IMG/VR virus record: IMGVR_UViG_3300032053_000011
Coordinates: 32,001 to 96,000 of that record
Length of the DNA: 64,000 nucleotides
Reading direction: 5' to 3' (one strand)
From: a virus
Shown: one piece after another, positions 29,973-41,020 of the stretch
Layout: each line of letters opens with the position of its first letter
Numbering within the stretch: the stretch's first letter is position 1
Notes under the pieces: model-generated
The model's database searches: none
Told to the model about the DNA's origin: nothing
What the model saw: the letters and a program-made list of their open reading frames with translations, nothing else
Position numbers and translations under genes: made by a program

Positions 29973-30788
29973 TCAAGATGGCTTCTCGTAGTGTTTGCAA
30001 CCTGGGGAATGAGGTGGATGAAGGAAGTCAGCCAGTGACGTTGTGAACCGACTCACGCCCGTTCCATCTGCGATCAGCACACGGATGTTTCCCGGGCACG
30101 GCGCAATCATGGAAGCGATTCGATCGGTGAACCCAATCTCCCAGAGCAGGTCATGGAGCTCGTCCTCGGGACAGAACTCGATATGCAGGGTGGCGCCTGA
30201 CGCGATCTCTTCAGACGTCGGCGGCTCGAACTCTGCGAGCACCATGGCGCTCACGAGGTCCGGGTAACTGCAATCAATGACCAGACCGATATGCGTATCG
30301 GCCAAGTCGGGATTCTGCGGGACGGCCTGCAAGTAGAGATCCCACAGAGTCTCTGTCGCGTCTGAGAGTAGCTCGAGTCCTTCTTCGCTCGGCTGCTCAC
30401 TGTCGGACTCGCCATCGTCTTCGTCGGGTGAGGCGTGGAGGAACTCGACCGTCGATCGTCGGAGCGTGCGCAAGCCATGGTCGTCCGCGACCACGCAGAC
30501 GAAGAAACCGGGCTCCGGCGCCGTCACCCCCGCCAGTTTGCCGGTCCCGACAGAGCTTATGACGGCCAGAGCTTGGGCCTCGCTCACCAGTCCCACGAAG
30601 CACAGCGCCTCCGCAGCGGGGTCATGGCGTGGAAGTATCCCCACCTCCGCCATGGCGGCACCGAGTGCGTCGGCCAACGGCGGCTGCGAGACATCGACGA
30701 CCAGCCCCAGGTACTGCTCTGCGGTGGCGGGCTCTCTCTCGTGCGCCTGGATGCAGAGCTGTTGGAGCGTGCGTTGCGCTGGCGTCAT
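29973..30788 (-). CDS. Acidic protein made of two tandem copies of an unknown domain
   Basis: TL..L..QA...GLV.D.S.P.L and P.PG....AD..G.....S...FLH each occur twice. Confidence 0.65.
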   Translation of the reverse strand: MTPAQRTLQQLCIQAHEREPATAEQYLGLVVDVSQPPLADALGAAMAEVGILPRHDPAAEALCFVGLVSEAQALAVISSVGTGKLAGVTAPEPGFFVCVVADDHGLRTLRRSTVEFLHASPDEDDGESDSEQPSEEGLELLSDATETLWDLYLQAVPQNPDLADTHIGLVIDCSYPDLVSAMVLAEFEPPTSEEIASGATLHIEFCPEDELHDLLWEIGFTDRIASMIAPCPGNIRVLIADGTGVSRFTTSLADFLHPPHSPGCKHYEKPS

Positions 30789-31624
30789 TGGCCCACCAGC
30801 AAGGGCAAGTGCGTCTTCTTCAGATGCCGTTCGTGAAGACCGAGCGCGCGGCCGTCGGGCAGGCGCGGGAATTCATCGTGCGTCCGGCCGTCGAGAACAC
30901 GACCCGCGCTCTCGGGCCGGACGCCGCCCCACTGCTTCCAATGGAAGGCCACGTGGGCACTCGCGCAGTCGTCCCGCAAGTGACGCGCCCAGTCCACGCG
31001 GTCCTCTCGCGGGGTCCAGTGCCCATGGTGATCCCGCACAGACATCCCGCGCTGCGCTCGGATCTCCGCGTCCATCAGGTGGAGACCAGACTCTCCACCT
31101 CCGATGATCCAGTTCAGTCCCGTGAGATCGAACCGCATGTCCGAGAGCATCGGCTCGCACGAGACGAAGCGGATCTCGGCTTCGATCTGGCGAAGAGTCT
31201 CGAGGAGCTTGTGCGACGAGACATGACCGGCGCTCACCCCGATCCATGCGTTGCCGGGCAGCTTGCGCCGCTCGCGCGTGTAGCGCAGGACGTTCTCGGG
31301 TCGCTTCGTCAGGATCTGGTACTGGTGCTGAGGCGTCTTCTCGATCACGTCCACGATCTTGTCGCGGTAGTCATCGGGCACGTCGACATGGCCGAAGTCG
31401 CTCATCGAGTTCACGAACACGAGGCTCGGCTGCTTCAACGCGAATGGTTCGCGCAGCTTGTGCGGCCGGAACGTCATGTCGAACCCGTTCGGGAACGCTG
31501 GCGTGCCGCGCTTCTTCTCCGCGAGCGTCATCGCGTAGCAGTGCTTGCACTCGGGTCCGGCGATGGTGCATCCGCTCATCGGATTCCACGTCGCGTCGGT
31601 CCACTTGATCGCCGTCTCGTTCAT
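30785..31624 (-). CDS. Phage Gp37/Gp68 (DUF5131) radical-SAM-like protein
   Basis: WTDATWNP.SGC......CKHCYA, FVNSMSD, QILTKRP, RFVSCEP, WIIGGGESG, KQWGG. Confidence 0.9.
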   Translation of the reverse strand: MNETAIKWTDATWNPMSGCTIAGPECKHCYAMTLAEKKRGTPAFPNGFDMTFRPHKLREPFALKQPSLVFVNSMSDFGHVDVPDDYRDKIVDVIEKTPQHQYQILTKRPENVLRYTRERRKLPGNAWIGVSAGHVSSHKLLETLRQIEAEIRFVSCEPMLSDMRFDLTGLNWIIGGGESGLHLMDAEIRAQRGMSVRDHHGHWTPREDRVDWARHLRDDCASAHVAFHWKQWGGVRPESAGRVLDGRTHDEFPRLPDGRALGLHERHLKKTHLPLLVGQ

Positions 31625-31731
31625 TAGAAGCCTCGGTTCTGACGGTAGATCGGCAATGCAGTCGACTGCAACCGCACGCGTGACATTCTCTGGCCGTGGA
31701 CATCACCGACGGATCGGCTCGGCCCACAGCA

Positions 31732-31760
31732 GCGCTATCACGATGCTAGCGCACGGTCAA
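31732..31760 (-). promoter_or_regulatory. sigma70-like promoter with box
   Basis: TTGACC-17-TAGCGC; box GCTAGC ATCGT GATAGC. Confidence 0.65.
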
Positions 31761-31955
31761 GTGCTCAGTTCGGCAGGCTGGTCTTCATGCGCGTCACGAA
31801 TGGATCGGGCAGTGCCACGAACACAGGAACTGGCTGGAGCTGAGATGCGAGCAACGACAGGCGTGATGCGCGCAGCGCGCGCCAACACGAGTCGCAATGG
31901 CGTGAACCCTCGATCGACGTTGTCGACGGGTTGGCACAACGACAGCAGCGCGCGT

Positions 31956-32996
31956 TCATCGCGCGGCCTGCTTCTCGGACTTGTCGTCGAATACGACCGA
32001 CAGAAAGCCAACCCACAACACACCCAGGCCGACGAGGACCAACGGATGCGGAAAGAGGCTGCTCCGGCCGCGCCCGGGGATGTCCGTGTTGTGGCTGCAA
32101 GGTCTCAGTTCGTACGAACCGATCGGATAGACATCCGAGTCTGCCGTACGCCCCCAGGCGATCGCTGACGGCGTGCCGAACGACGTAACTTGGAGCGCGA
32201 ACTGCTTCTGCGCTTGGCCCTGCGGTCGCAGCGCCTCCCGACTGCCGACACCCTCCAACTCCCAGTCCCCTCTCCCGGATGACTGTCGGATACGCAGGTG
32301 CGTGATGTGCGGATGCCGAGCCCAGTATGCCGCCGCCGATGAGGCGTATCCCCAACGCAGATGCGGCCGAAGAATGCTTGAGAACGTCGTGTCGTCGATC
32401 GGCGCCACGATCGTTCGTGTGCCGAAGGTTTGACCGCCTTCGCGGTTGCGCATCCACTGGTAGTATTCGGCCCCGGTCAGATGCACGGGCACGGTTTCTG
32501 TTGCCATGGACGCGAAGCTATCCACCGGCCACGGGAGCGTCAACCGTGTGGGTCTCGCCAACAGTTCACGCAGTGTTTCGAGGATTTCGACGCGCGCGTT
32601 GAGCCTTTCGGCGAGCCGCATCGCAGCGTCCGGCGTGTATCCGATCGGTGGGCTTCCACTACACCGGCCCGTTCGGAAGTGACTCAGTGCATCGAGCCAT
32701 GACGCGCAGCGTTCGTATCCGAGCGCGAGCGCTGACGCCGTGTGATCGCTGTTGCCTGCGACCAGACGGCGAGTCCTGCTGATCGGCGCGCCCCAGGATC
32801 CGCCGGATCGAGGGTCGCATCCGAGTGCGCTCTCGAGCATGCCTGTCGCGAGAAGGATCTCCGCTGGCACGCCGTATCGCGCGGCGCTGTCGTCTGCATG
32901 CGCAGTGATCTCGACGGCGCGGCTTGCGATGCACCGGGTGCGATCGGTTTCCGGGTACAGCGTTAGCAACGCTGCAAGCAGCGCTGCTGCGCTCAT
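31956..32996 (-). CDS. Protein with N-terminal lysozyme/SLT-like domain and unknown C-terminal half
   Basis: Hydrophobic N-terminus; AARYGVPAEILLATGMLESALG...W.DALSHF..G. Confidence 0.5.
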   Translation of the reverse strand: MSAAALLAALLTLYPETDRTRCIASRAVEITAHADDSAARYGVPAEILLATGMLESALGCDPRSGGSWGAPISRTRRLVAGNSDHTASALALGYERCASWLDALSHFRTGRCSGSPPIGYTPDAAMRLAERLNARVEILETLRELLARPTRLTLPWPVDSFASMATETVPVHLTGAEYYQWMRNREGGQTFGTRTIVAPIDDTTFSSILRPHLRWGYASSAAAYWARHPHITHLRIRQSSGRGDWELEGVGSREALRPQGQAQKQFALQVTSFGTPSAIAWGRTADSDVYPIGSYELRPCSHNTDIPGRGRSSLFPHPLVLVGLGVLWVGFLSVVFDDKSEKQAAR

Positions 32997-33222
32997 CGCT
33001 TTTCATCTCGACCACGGTCTTCTGCACGGTCGATCGCATAGGCAAGCATCTCGCGGATGTTTGCACAGCACCGTTCGGCATCCTCTTTGCCGCCCGGCGC
33101 GATCAGCCACACGTCTCCGAACATCACACCGTAGACCGTGACGACACTACCCAGAAATGGGGCGGCGTCCGTTGATGCCGTTGCGACGTTCACGATCACC
33201 TCGGCCCTGCTCTTCGGTGTCA

Positions 33223-33786
33223 TCATGGTTGATCCAGGCGGTACTTGAGCATGTTGCAGAAGAGCGCGCCCTGCTCGATCGCGTCCTCGACGGCCACGTG
33301 CGTGTGCGGCGCCTCGTCGAACCACTCAGGCGGCATCGTGCGTTTCGATGTCCCGCGCAGCGTCTGCCGGAGCGTCGCCATCGCGTACGTCTTGATGTCG
33401 ACGGCGTTCGAAAAGCCGAACGGGCTACGACCGGCGAAGTTGATCAGGTACCAGTACGTCCATGTCCAGTCGAACACCGCCGGGTAGCCGACGAACACGG
33501 GCTTGCCATCGAATGATTCGACCCAGCGACAGAACCGATTCATCGCGACGTCCGGCGCTTCCATGCCGATGCGCGTCGCGTCATATGCGGCTTGGTTCTT
33601 CGACCAGAACTCCATCGTGTCCTTTTCGGGACGAGCGAGCGGCAGGAGTTGCAGATTGGCCGAGAACGTCCCGAGGAGACGCTTCTCCCAGTCGTACATC
33701 GCGGCACCGAGGCTCAGCATCGAGCTCGGGCCAGGGATGCGGCCATCCGCTTCGATGTCGACGCTGCAATAGAGTTCGGTGATCAT
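33223..33786 (-). CDS. DEDDh 3'-5' exo(ribo)nuclease, Rv2179c-like
   Basis: SVDIEADG..PG..SMLSLGA, FDW, SPFG, HVAVEDAIEQG. Confidence 0.85.
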   Translation of the reverse strand: MITELYCSVDIEADGRIPGPSSMLSLGAAMYDWEKRLLGTFSANLQLLPLARPEKDTMEFWSKNQAAYDATRIGMEAPDVAMNRFCRWVESFDGKPVFVGYPAVFDWTWTYWYLINFAGRSPFGFSNAVDIKTYAMATLRQTLRGTSKRTMPPEWFDEAPHTHVAVEDAIEQGALFCNMLKYRLDQP

Positions 33787-34089
33787 CGCCTCATCCTCGT
33801 TTTCAGTGCTGACTGTACGTCTGTTGTACCGGTTTCATGGTGTACTTGGTTTCTGGACACGGGCACCGCAGGCACTTGGCGTGGCCATGAGTATGCTCGC
33901 CGAATGGATGGCCGCAGCCGTCGCGCTCGCAGATCAGGTCAGATGAGTTGATCATCCTGGCGCGGATCTGTTTCCATGCTCGTCGATGGCGCAAGATGTT
34001 TCGGATGGCGATGCCACAGCGCAGGAAGAGCCATGACAGGCACACGGCGCAGAAGGCGATCGATAGGTGGACGGACGCGTTGTGATGCG

Positions 34090-35616
34090 TCATTCGCTGG
34101 ACTCCGGCTGAAGCGACTCGAAGATCACCTCGTTCGCTGACACGCGAGTCGCCAGGAGCTGCCACGAGTCGCGGGTACATTCGGCGACGAATTCCTCGAG
34201 CTGTGTGTCGTCGATTCGCTCGAGCCCGTCGACGATCAGGATCTTCGCCTTGGCGTTGGCGCGCTTGGCGATGTTGATCGCGAAGCGCAGGCGATCGCGT
34301 CCACCGAGGCCGCTCAGGCGGATCTTGTCGAGAAAGACCTCGTCGCCCTCGAAGGCGAGACCCTCGATGCCATCCGATTGCGTGAACAGATACCCGGGCG
34401 CGTCCTGGGTGAGCGCATGCACGATGCCATCGAGCGTCGCGGCAACTGCCGAGGTGCTCGCGACGTTGCTGGCGCATGTGTTCACGTGCTGCTCAGCACG
34501 GATGAATTTCGCCCATGCGAGTGCGCGATCTCGGATGCCGGTCCACTGGCGCACGACCGCCTCTGCGTTGGCAAGGCTGGCCGGGTCAACCGGCGGCGCC
34601 GCAGCCTGGGCAAGCGCGCCCTCGAGTTCATCCGCCTGTGTGCCGAAAGCTGTGGCGCGCTCCAGGATCGCGAGCTGCGAGAGTTCAAGCGCCTCGGCCG
34701 CTTGCAGCTCGAGAAGCGCGGTTCGCTGCGCGCTCTCTGCCTGCGCGAGTTCCTCCCGCAGACGTTTGACCGTTGCATCGGCCTTGCCCACGCGTTCCTG
34801 GTGCCATGGGACAGCAGGTAGCTCCCGCTGAACAAGAAGATTGCGTTCGAGTTCTGCCTGTTGCCGAAGGCTGGCAATTCGCGTGCGGGTCTGGGTCGTA
34901 CGCTGGTTGGCGCGAACCGCCTCCGCCGCCTGCGCTTCCAATGTCGTGCGCTGCGCTTGAAACTCGCTGAGCGCTCGCTCTGCCTCTTCCACGGGCATCG
35001 CGTCGCCGGGATCACTGGCCTCTCGTGCGGTGAGCGCGTCATCCATGGCCCGGGAGGATTCCTCGACCGCTGCCTTGGCGGCAGCGTTGGCGACAGTGCG
35101 CTTGTCGTAGTACACGCCCCGCACCCGTTCCAGCACTTCCACGGCGTGGCCCTCCACGTCGGTGTCATCGGGCAGATCCGGCGCGAACCGACGGAGGGTC
35201 TCAACGGTCACCGTCATCGGCACCGCCTCGAGGATCATCTTGCGACGCTCTTTCGGAGCGGCCTCGAGCAGGGCGATCGGATCGATGGATGCACCGAACA
35301 GATCCGAAAGCCACGTCTGTGGCTTGCTCACCGTCTGACCCTCGGAGTCGGTGACCTTGAGGGTGGTCCCGCGCTTCGAGATCGCACGCCGCACACTGGC
35401 GTTGTCCATATCGATCAGGATCTCGGCACGATCCCAACCAATCCGAATAGCATCGGCGCCGACGTCACGGCCTTGCAGTCCAGCATGCAGCGCGTTCAGG
35501 ACCGACGTCTTGCCACCGCCACTTTTCCCAGTGACCAGCACGCCTGCATCGGGGATATCCTGGTCGACCTCTTCGATTCCGCGGAAGGTCCTGATACGCA
35601 GTCGTTTGATCTTCAT
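34090..35616 (-). CDS. SMC/Rad50(SbcC)-like ABC ATPase with long coiled coil
   Basis: MKIKRLRIRTFRGI, Walker A GKSGGGKTS, coiled coil, signature-like LSGLGG, Walker B LIVDGLE; start ATG 35616 with GGAGAGG upstream. Confidence 0.85.
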   Translation of the reverse strand: MKIKRLRIRTFRGIEEVDQDIPDAGVLVTGKSGGGKTSVLNALHAGLQGRDVGADAIRIGWDRAEILIDMDNASVRRAISKRGTTLKVTDSEGQTVSKPQTWLSDLFGASIDPIALLEAAPKERRKMILEAVPMTVTVETLRRFAPDLPDDTDVEGHAVEVLERVRGVYYDKRTVANAAAKAAVEESSRAMDDALTAREASDPGDAMPVEEAERALSEFQAQRTTLEAQAAEAVRANQRTTQTRTRIASLRQQAELERNLLVQRELPAVPWHQERVGKADATVKRLREELAQAESAQRTALLELQAAEALELSQLAILERATAFGTQADELEGALAQAAAPPVDPASLANAEAVVRQWTGIRDRALAWAKFIRAEQHVNTCASNVASTSAVAATLDGIVHALTQDAPGYLFTQSDGIEGLAFEGDEVFLDKIRLSGLGGRDRLRFAINIAKRANAKAKILIVDGLERIDDTQLEEFVAECTRDSWQLLATRVSANEVIFESLQPESSE

Positions 35617-37594
35617 CGAGTCCTCTCCAGTACGCGTTCCCAGGCTGCCGTATCCGATCTCAGGCGCGCCATTCGGCTTCCAGTCTTGCGACCGTCTCCT
35701 CTGCCTCGCGCAACCACTGGGCAAACCGTGGGGCAAAGGTATCGTCATCATCGCGCGGTGCGTTCGTCTCGGCGAGCTGACGTTTGTAGATCGCGATGCG
35801 CTCCTGGTAGTTCGCCAGGACTGCGGGCCGCCAAGTCTTGACGATTGCCTGCGCCGCAGCGCGGTGGTGTTCGGGCGCGCTGTCGACCGTGCGTTGACAA
35901 CGTCCGAGGTCCCCCTCATCGGAGGGTCGGTGCCCGAGATCGATGTTCTCGAGCACGAGCACGAGCAGCGTCTCCGCCGACATGCCGAGATCACCATCGA
36001 CGAGGACACGTACGATCCAGTCCAAGTCTGCACTATGCCGATCGCGTTGCTCGGTGAGATGGTCGACGATGCTCGCGAGGTCTTCGTTGAGTTTCACTTC
36101 GCCGCCTTGGTCCGCGCCGAGAAGTAGCGCGTGCGAGCGCGGGATTGCGCGAGCAATGCCGCATCGCGCCTCGCTACGAGCCGATTCCATAATGGCGACC
36201 GATCGACCCCGGGGACTTCGAGCGCACGTTGAGCGGCTTCGGCCGAGACCATCGCGTCGAGCAAACGCTGCCCGAAGATTACGACGCTGCCGCGCTTCGC
36301 AGTAGTCATGGTGTCGGCACCGCGACATCAAGCCGGAGAGCCCGCCATCCACGGACATATCGGCAGTCTGACTCATGCACGAGTGCGCCGATGTTGTGGT
36401 CCCCGCGACCGCGCGGGATACCGCCGTCGCATCCGAGGCAGCGCCACGTCTCGGGATTCACCCACGCGGGCGGGCCGTCTGGCGTGCCGACGAACTCGGC
36501 GAGCAGCGTCTCCGCCTCCTCGGCACGGGCGAGGAGAGAAGCCCGCGAGGGCTCCGAGGCGCGGCGGATCTCGACGATGTCGCGAACCGTTGCCATCTTC
36601 TTGTAAGCGTAAGTCCCGGCGATCCAGACTTTGCCCGCGCTCACGTCGGCACCATCTCAAGCGCGAGATGGGTGCGCGCGAACCAGTTCTGACATACGCC
36701 CGCCGGTTCACGAGTATTCACTCGGCGCCTCCAGTCTCGATCCGCCGGGTCAGTCGTTGTCGCGCTTCGAGCAATGCGTCGAATCGTTCGAGCGTTTCCT
36801 GCCAGTCGACGGGATCATTCGGGATCGCGACCGCGCGGCACACATGGTCCTCAGCGGTACCGCATCCACATTGAACGACTCGCAGATAGGCTAGCGCATC
36901 AGAGAACGCCACCTGCCGCTGGATTATCGCAGTGTGCTGGTCATCGGATCCGGGACACTGTGCGACGACCAATGGAACCGGGCGCTGGGTCGATCGGATC
37001 GCTACATCAGCCGGGATCACGCCGGTCAGGCCGAGATGGGCGCCGATCGGGATGCCCAGCGCAATGCCGCCTGCCGTGAGCAGCATGGCCTCGAGTGTTC
37101 GGATGACCTTGTATGTAGGATCCGTCACGTTGCACTCAACTCGAACTTGCGATCGCCGTCACTCATCGTCCGTTCAACCTTTTCGTCGTCTGTTCAGACC
37201 GGCGATGCTGCGTGCTGGTCCGGCAGCGTCCGACGCTGTGCGTCATCAATGTGATACGGCGATTCAAGTGGCTGATCCGATGGCCCAATCCACTTGTCAT
37301 CCAGCCCGAAGAACGTGTGACTTGATGCCTTGAATCCGAATTCCTTGAGCAGACTGGCGCCATCGTGGGCATCCTTCACCGCGATCCTCTTCGCGCGCGG
37401 ATGCAGGAAGAACCGTGCTCTGAACTTGCTCGCACGCAGTACGTTCGTGAGCACGATCATGAACCACAGCGGTACGCCTGCGTCGCAGATCGCCGCCAGG
37501 ACTGGCGCATTCTCGGTCTCACTCAGGACCTCGCTGAGAACGCGATGCAGGATCGTATTGAATCGCTCGTCGTTCTCATTCTTCCATGCGGTCA

Positions 37595-38767
37595 TCAGTA
37601 GTCTCCCTTGATGCGAACGCCGTCTCCGTCGTTCTGCTCACCTGGAGCTGGACCGGCCGGAGGTCCATCAGCCTGCGGGATGAGACCGGCATGGACCCCG
37701 CCGATGACAATGACGTCGCCGTGGCCAGTGGCTCCGGTCGGCGCATCCGGCGCATTTCCCGTGAGCTTGGAGAGCAGATCAGCACCGCGGTTGCCTGTCC
37801 TACGCAGACCGGGCGCCGAGGACGCCGCAGTGCGCGGCGTCGGCGTCGCCGCTGCGACGACGTGACCAGCGCGCGTCACGGAGAGACCCGGGCGCTGCTG
37901 GGCCGCCTTCGCGGGCGGAGCCGCTGGCGATCCGATCGTTGGCGCGGGGGGAAGCGGCGCTCGTACCGGCGGCGGAGGCGTGACGGTCTCGGGCCCTGGC
38001 GTCTGCATCTCGAGCAAGCTGACGAGATCAACGTCGCCATCATCGTATTGGGCGCTGATGGTGAGCGCCGTCGCCAGTTCGGCTGAGAGCGGCAGTGATT
38101 GGATCAGCCGCCGCACGACGAGACTTCGTCCCAGGCCGATCCGACGACCGGTTTCATCGGTGGGGTCGCCCTTCCATGCCGCGTCGAACTCATCCCCGGC
38201 GCGCGCCGCCAATCGCGTACGAATGCGCTCGATCTGCGCTAGCGACATCACCTCGAAGGGCGCGCCACCGTCGCGCAGTCGCGCCACTGCGTACACGCAG
38301 ACGAGGTTGCCAGGGTTTTCTTCGAACGTTGGAACATGCTCGAGCACTGGCTTCAGTCCCTGCGAGAAACGGAACTGATCACGCTGGAACACCGGGCGCG
38401 CCTCGATCGAGAGCACCTCGCCAGAACTACGTGCAAGCGCGATGAGACCGCGGTAGCCGGGCCGCATCTGGCAATCGAATTGGCCACTGACGCGATTCGG
38501 CACCGCGATCAGGTAGGCATGTCCGAGCGGGCTGCCCGGCTCGAGCCCGAGCTCGGCCGCTTGCAGCACAGCCTGGAGGAACGAGCCTTGGCTGCTGAGC
38601 AGGATGCGCGGTGACCGGGCGGCGGTCGCCAGGGCCACCTTGATGATTCGATCGGTGGTGAGCGTCGGCGGCAGCACGGCTGCGATGTGATCGCGCGATC
38701 GCTCGAGCAGCTCGCGAAACGCTTGCAGTGGATCCGATCCGGCTGGTGCTGGGGGCGAGTCAATCAT
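37595..38767 (-). CDS. recT: RecT-family single-strand annealing recombinase
   Basis: SFLQAVLQAAELGLEP..LGHAYLI, GYRGLIALARSSG, VYAVA.L, VRRL...LPLS. Confidence 0.85.
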   Translation of the reverse strand: MIDSPPAPAGSDPLQAFRELLERSRDHIAAVLPPTLTTDRIIKVALATAARSPRILLSSQGSFLQAVLQAAELGLEPGSPLGHAYLIAVPNRVSGQFDCQMRPGYRGLIALARSSGEVLSIEARPVFQRDQFRFSQGLKPVLEHVPTFEENPGNLVCVYAVARLRDGGAPFEVMSLAQIERIRTRLAARAGDEFDAAWKGDPTDETGRRIGLGRSLVVRRLIQSLPLSAELATALTISAQYDDGDVDLVSLLEMQTPGPETVTPPPPVRAPLPPAPTIGSPAAPPAKAAQQRPGLSVTRAGHVVAAATPTPRTAASSAPGLRRTGNRGADLLSKLTGNAPDAPTGATGHGDVIVIGGVHAGLIPQADGPPAGPAPGEQNDGDGVRIKGDY

Positions 38768-38782
38768 GGTGCGCCTTTCAGA

Positions 38783-39757
38783 CTACAGATCATCGGCTAC
38801 CCCGAATCCCGCCATCCGCACGACGCGGTTCGGCATCCCGGCGTACTGCTCGATCAGTTCCGGCGTCGCGCCAAGCTCCATGGCGAGCTCTTTCCACATG
38901 GGCTTGCCGCGGGAGTCCAGCTTCCATGTGACCCGCCGAGCATCGCCCTCACCGAACCCGGCAGTGTCGCCGATCAGCGCCTTGATCTGGTTGATGAGCA
39001 GCGCTTCTTCCTGCTCGGCTTGCTTGCGGATGCGTTTCGCGGAGGCCAGAAGTTCGCTCAGTGCCAACGCCTCTTCGGTCCAGACGCGCAAAGGCAGCCG
39101 GTCGGCCGGGTGCGTCTCGCGGAGGTACTCGCCCGTATCGCGCGAGGCAGTGATGGGCGGCGCGACATTCGCGACGATGTAGTCGCGCCAGAACCGCGCG
39201 CCGATCTCGAGCAGCGCATCGCCGACGCGCGGGTCGCGCTCGATTGGATACGTGCGGAAGTCCTCGTTGCCGATCAGCACCGCCACATCGCAACGCTCGA
39301 AGCCTGCAACGGCCATCTCCTGCTCGATCTGTGCGCGGTAGTAATCCGGGACCGCGTCCGTGCCATCTTCGCCCCAGTGATGCTCGACCCGGATGCTGGC
39401 GGTCTTGCACTGGACGAGTTTTTCGCGATCGCCGCTATCACGCAGCACCACCCCGTCTGGCGTGCACAGCGCACTCGGCACCGTTGCATGACGGAGCGTG
39501 CCGTTCACGCTGTTGGGCCAGTACGTCGCCGCTGGGATCACCGTGTACCCAGTCTTCTCGGCATAGAGCTCGAGGACGAACGGCTCGTTGAAGGTCCCGA
39601 ACCGCATCGGCAGCGTCGGCTTCCGGTTGACGAGTCCCTTCTTGACGCACCAGATGTCGAATGGACTCTGGTACGGACTGATTCCCGCGACGGCCGCCAC
39701 CTCTGATGCCCCAATCCCTGACTTCCTGAAGAGGAGCTGAGCATCAGTGAGGCTCAT
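38783..39757 (-). CDS. YqaJ/lambda-exonuclease-family 5'-3' exonuclease
   Basis: RKSGIGASEVAAVAG.SPY.SP...W..K, G...EP, TPDG, QCKT, VPDYY.AQ; adjacent to recT. Confidence 0.85.
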   Translation of the reverse strand: MSLTDAQLLFRKSGIGASEVAAVAGISPYQSPFDIWCVKKGLVNRKPTLPMRFGTFNEPFVLELYAEKTGYTVIPAATYWPNSVNGTLRHATVPSALCTPDGVVLRDSGDREKLVQCKTASIRVEHHWGEDGTDAVPDYYRAQIEQEMAVAGFERCDVAVLIGNEDFRTYPIERDPRVGDALLEIGARFWRDYIVANVAPPITASRDTGEYLRETHPADRLPLRVWTEEALALSELLASAKRIRKQAEQEEALLINQIKALIGDTAGFGEGDARRVTWKLDSRGKPMWKELAMELGATPELIEQYAGMPNRVVRMAGFGVADDL

Positions 39758-41020
39758 GGCCGGTCCTTCTTCACGCGGGCGTCATGCCGTTGTAGATCCG
39801 AGGTCACGTTGACGAGATGGCCGCTCATCAATGGCGCCTCACGAAGGAGGGTCACGGCACACCGCGTGGCATGGCCCATGGCAGCACACGCGCTGAGGAT
39901 CGCGCTGTCCGGGTCCGTCCCTCGTGCCACCAGAATCGCATCGGCGAGGATCTGCGCTGTTCGCGATGTACGCTCGGCGAGGTGATGCTCGCAGGCATCG
40001 AGCACGCGCGGTACGAGCTGTTCCTCTTCCGATGTCGTCGGGCAGCGCGCACCGATCGCGGCAATCGCGGCACGGATCTGCACTTCGATGAGATCGTTGC
40101 TCACCGCGTCCTCCACGTGCGCTTCACCAGCGCGACGTATCCGTCGGCGACCACGCCGGTAAACTCGTCGGCGAATCTGGTCGTCACCGTGATCGACCCG
40201 GGCAGGTCGAGAAAGACCTCAATGAGGCGTTCCGGGGTCTCTGTCTGCGCACGCTGCCGGTTCTTCGCACTGGAAGACCTCAAGACCCGGTGCAGCGGAA
40301 ACGTGTTGGTGCCCTGGAGGGTCACGACCCAGCACCTGCTCCCGAAGTCGACGGTTCCCGCGCCGCCGAGAAAGTCCTGGAGCGCGAGCTGCAATAGACG
40401 CGGCGATGGCGGCGTCTTCAGCCAGACATCTTTCCGCGTGGCCCGGCCAGCCGAACGACGGAATCTCACGATACGATCGTGCCCCATCAGCCGCTCTTGC
40501 CGAGTGCTGCGCGCACCAACGCAAGGATGCCAGTGTTCTTGATCGCCGCGTCTTCGGCACTCTCAGCGCGCGAGCCATCAACGAGTCGAGCGCTGACAGC
40601 AGCACACCATCCGACCAGCGGTTCTGCTGCCTCCAACGCAGCTCGCATCTGCGCACGGTCCCGAATGGCAATGGCCCATCTCTTCGCCATGATGAAAAGC
40701 GAGGCACGCCAGTCGGGCGCCTCGCCGCTGTTCGCGAACACCAGCAATGCCTCGGGCCCGCGCAGCTCATACTCGAGCGTGGTGCACTCGTTCACATCGA
40801 TCGGCGACGTGAGCGACTCTTCCAGCGCATCGCGCTGGCCCTCTTCGTAGAATCCTTGTAGCGCGTTCGCGAGGATCTCGTGCTCGGTCAGCCCGCCGGA
40901 GTGATCGCTGAGCGATCCGGTCAGCAGCTCGTTCGCCTTGAGGCGCATCGCCGCGTGCGGCCCACCGGCCGTGATCCACGCCGCGATCTGATCATCGTGA
41001 ATCGTCATTGTGGCCCCTCG

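Noticed and set aside
35617-36033. N-terminal 139 aa of the tracked 647-aa ORF
   Set aside because: It overlaps another plausible gene; the SMC-like fold starts at MKIKRL (ATG 35616), which has an SD-like site upstream.
3301-38245. Single GCTAGC hexamers at about 3301, 18133, 36890 and 38238
   Set aside because: They lie inside coding regions without a second half-site 11 bp away or a flanking -35/-10, so they were not counted as boxes.
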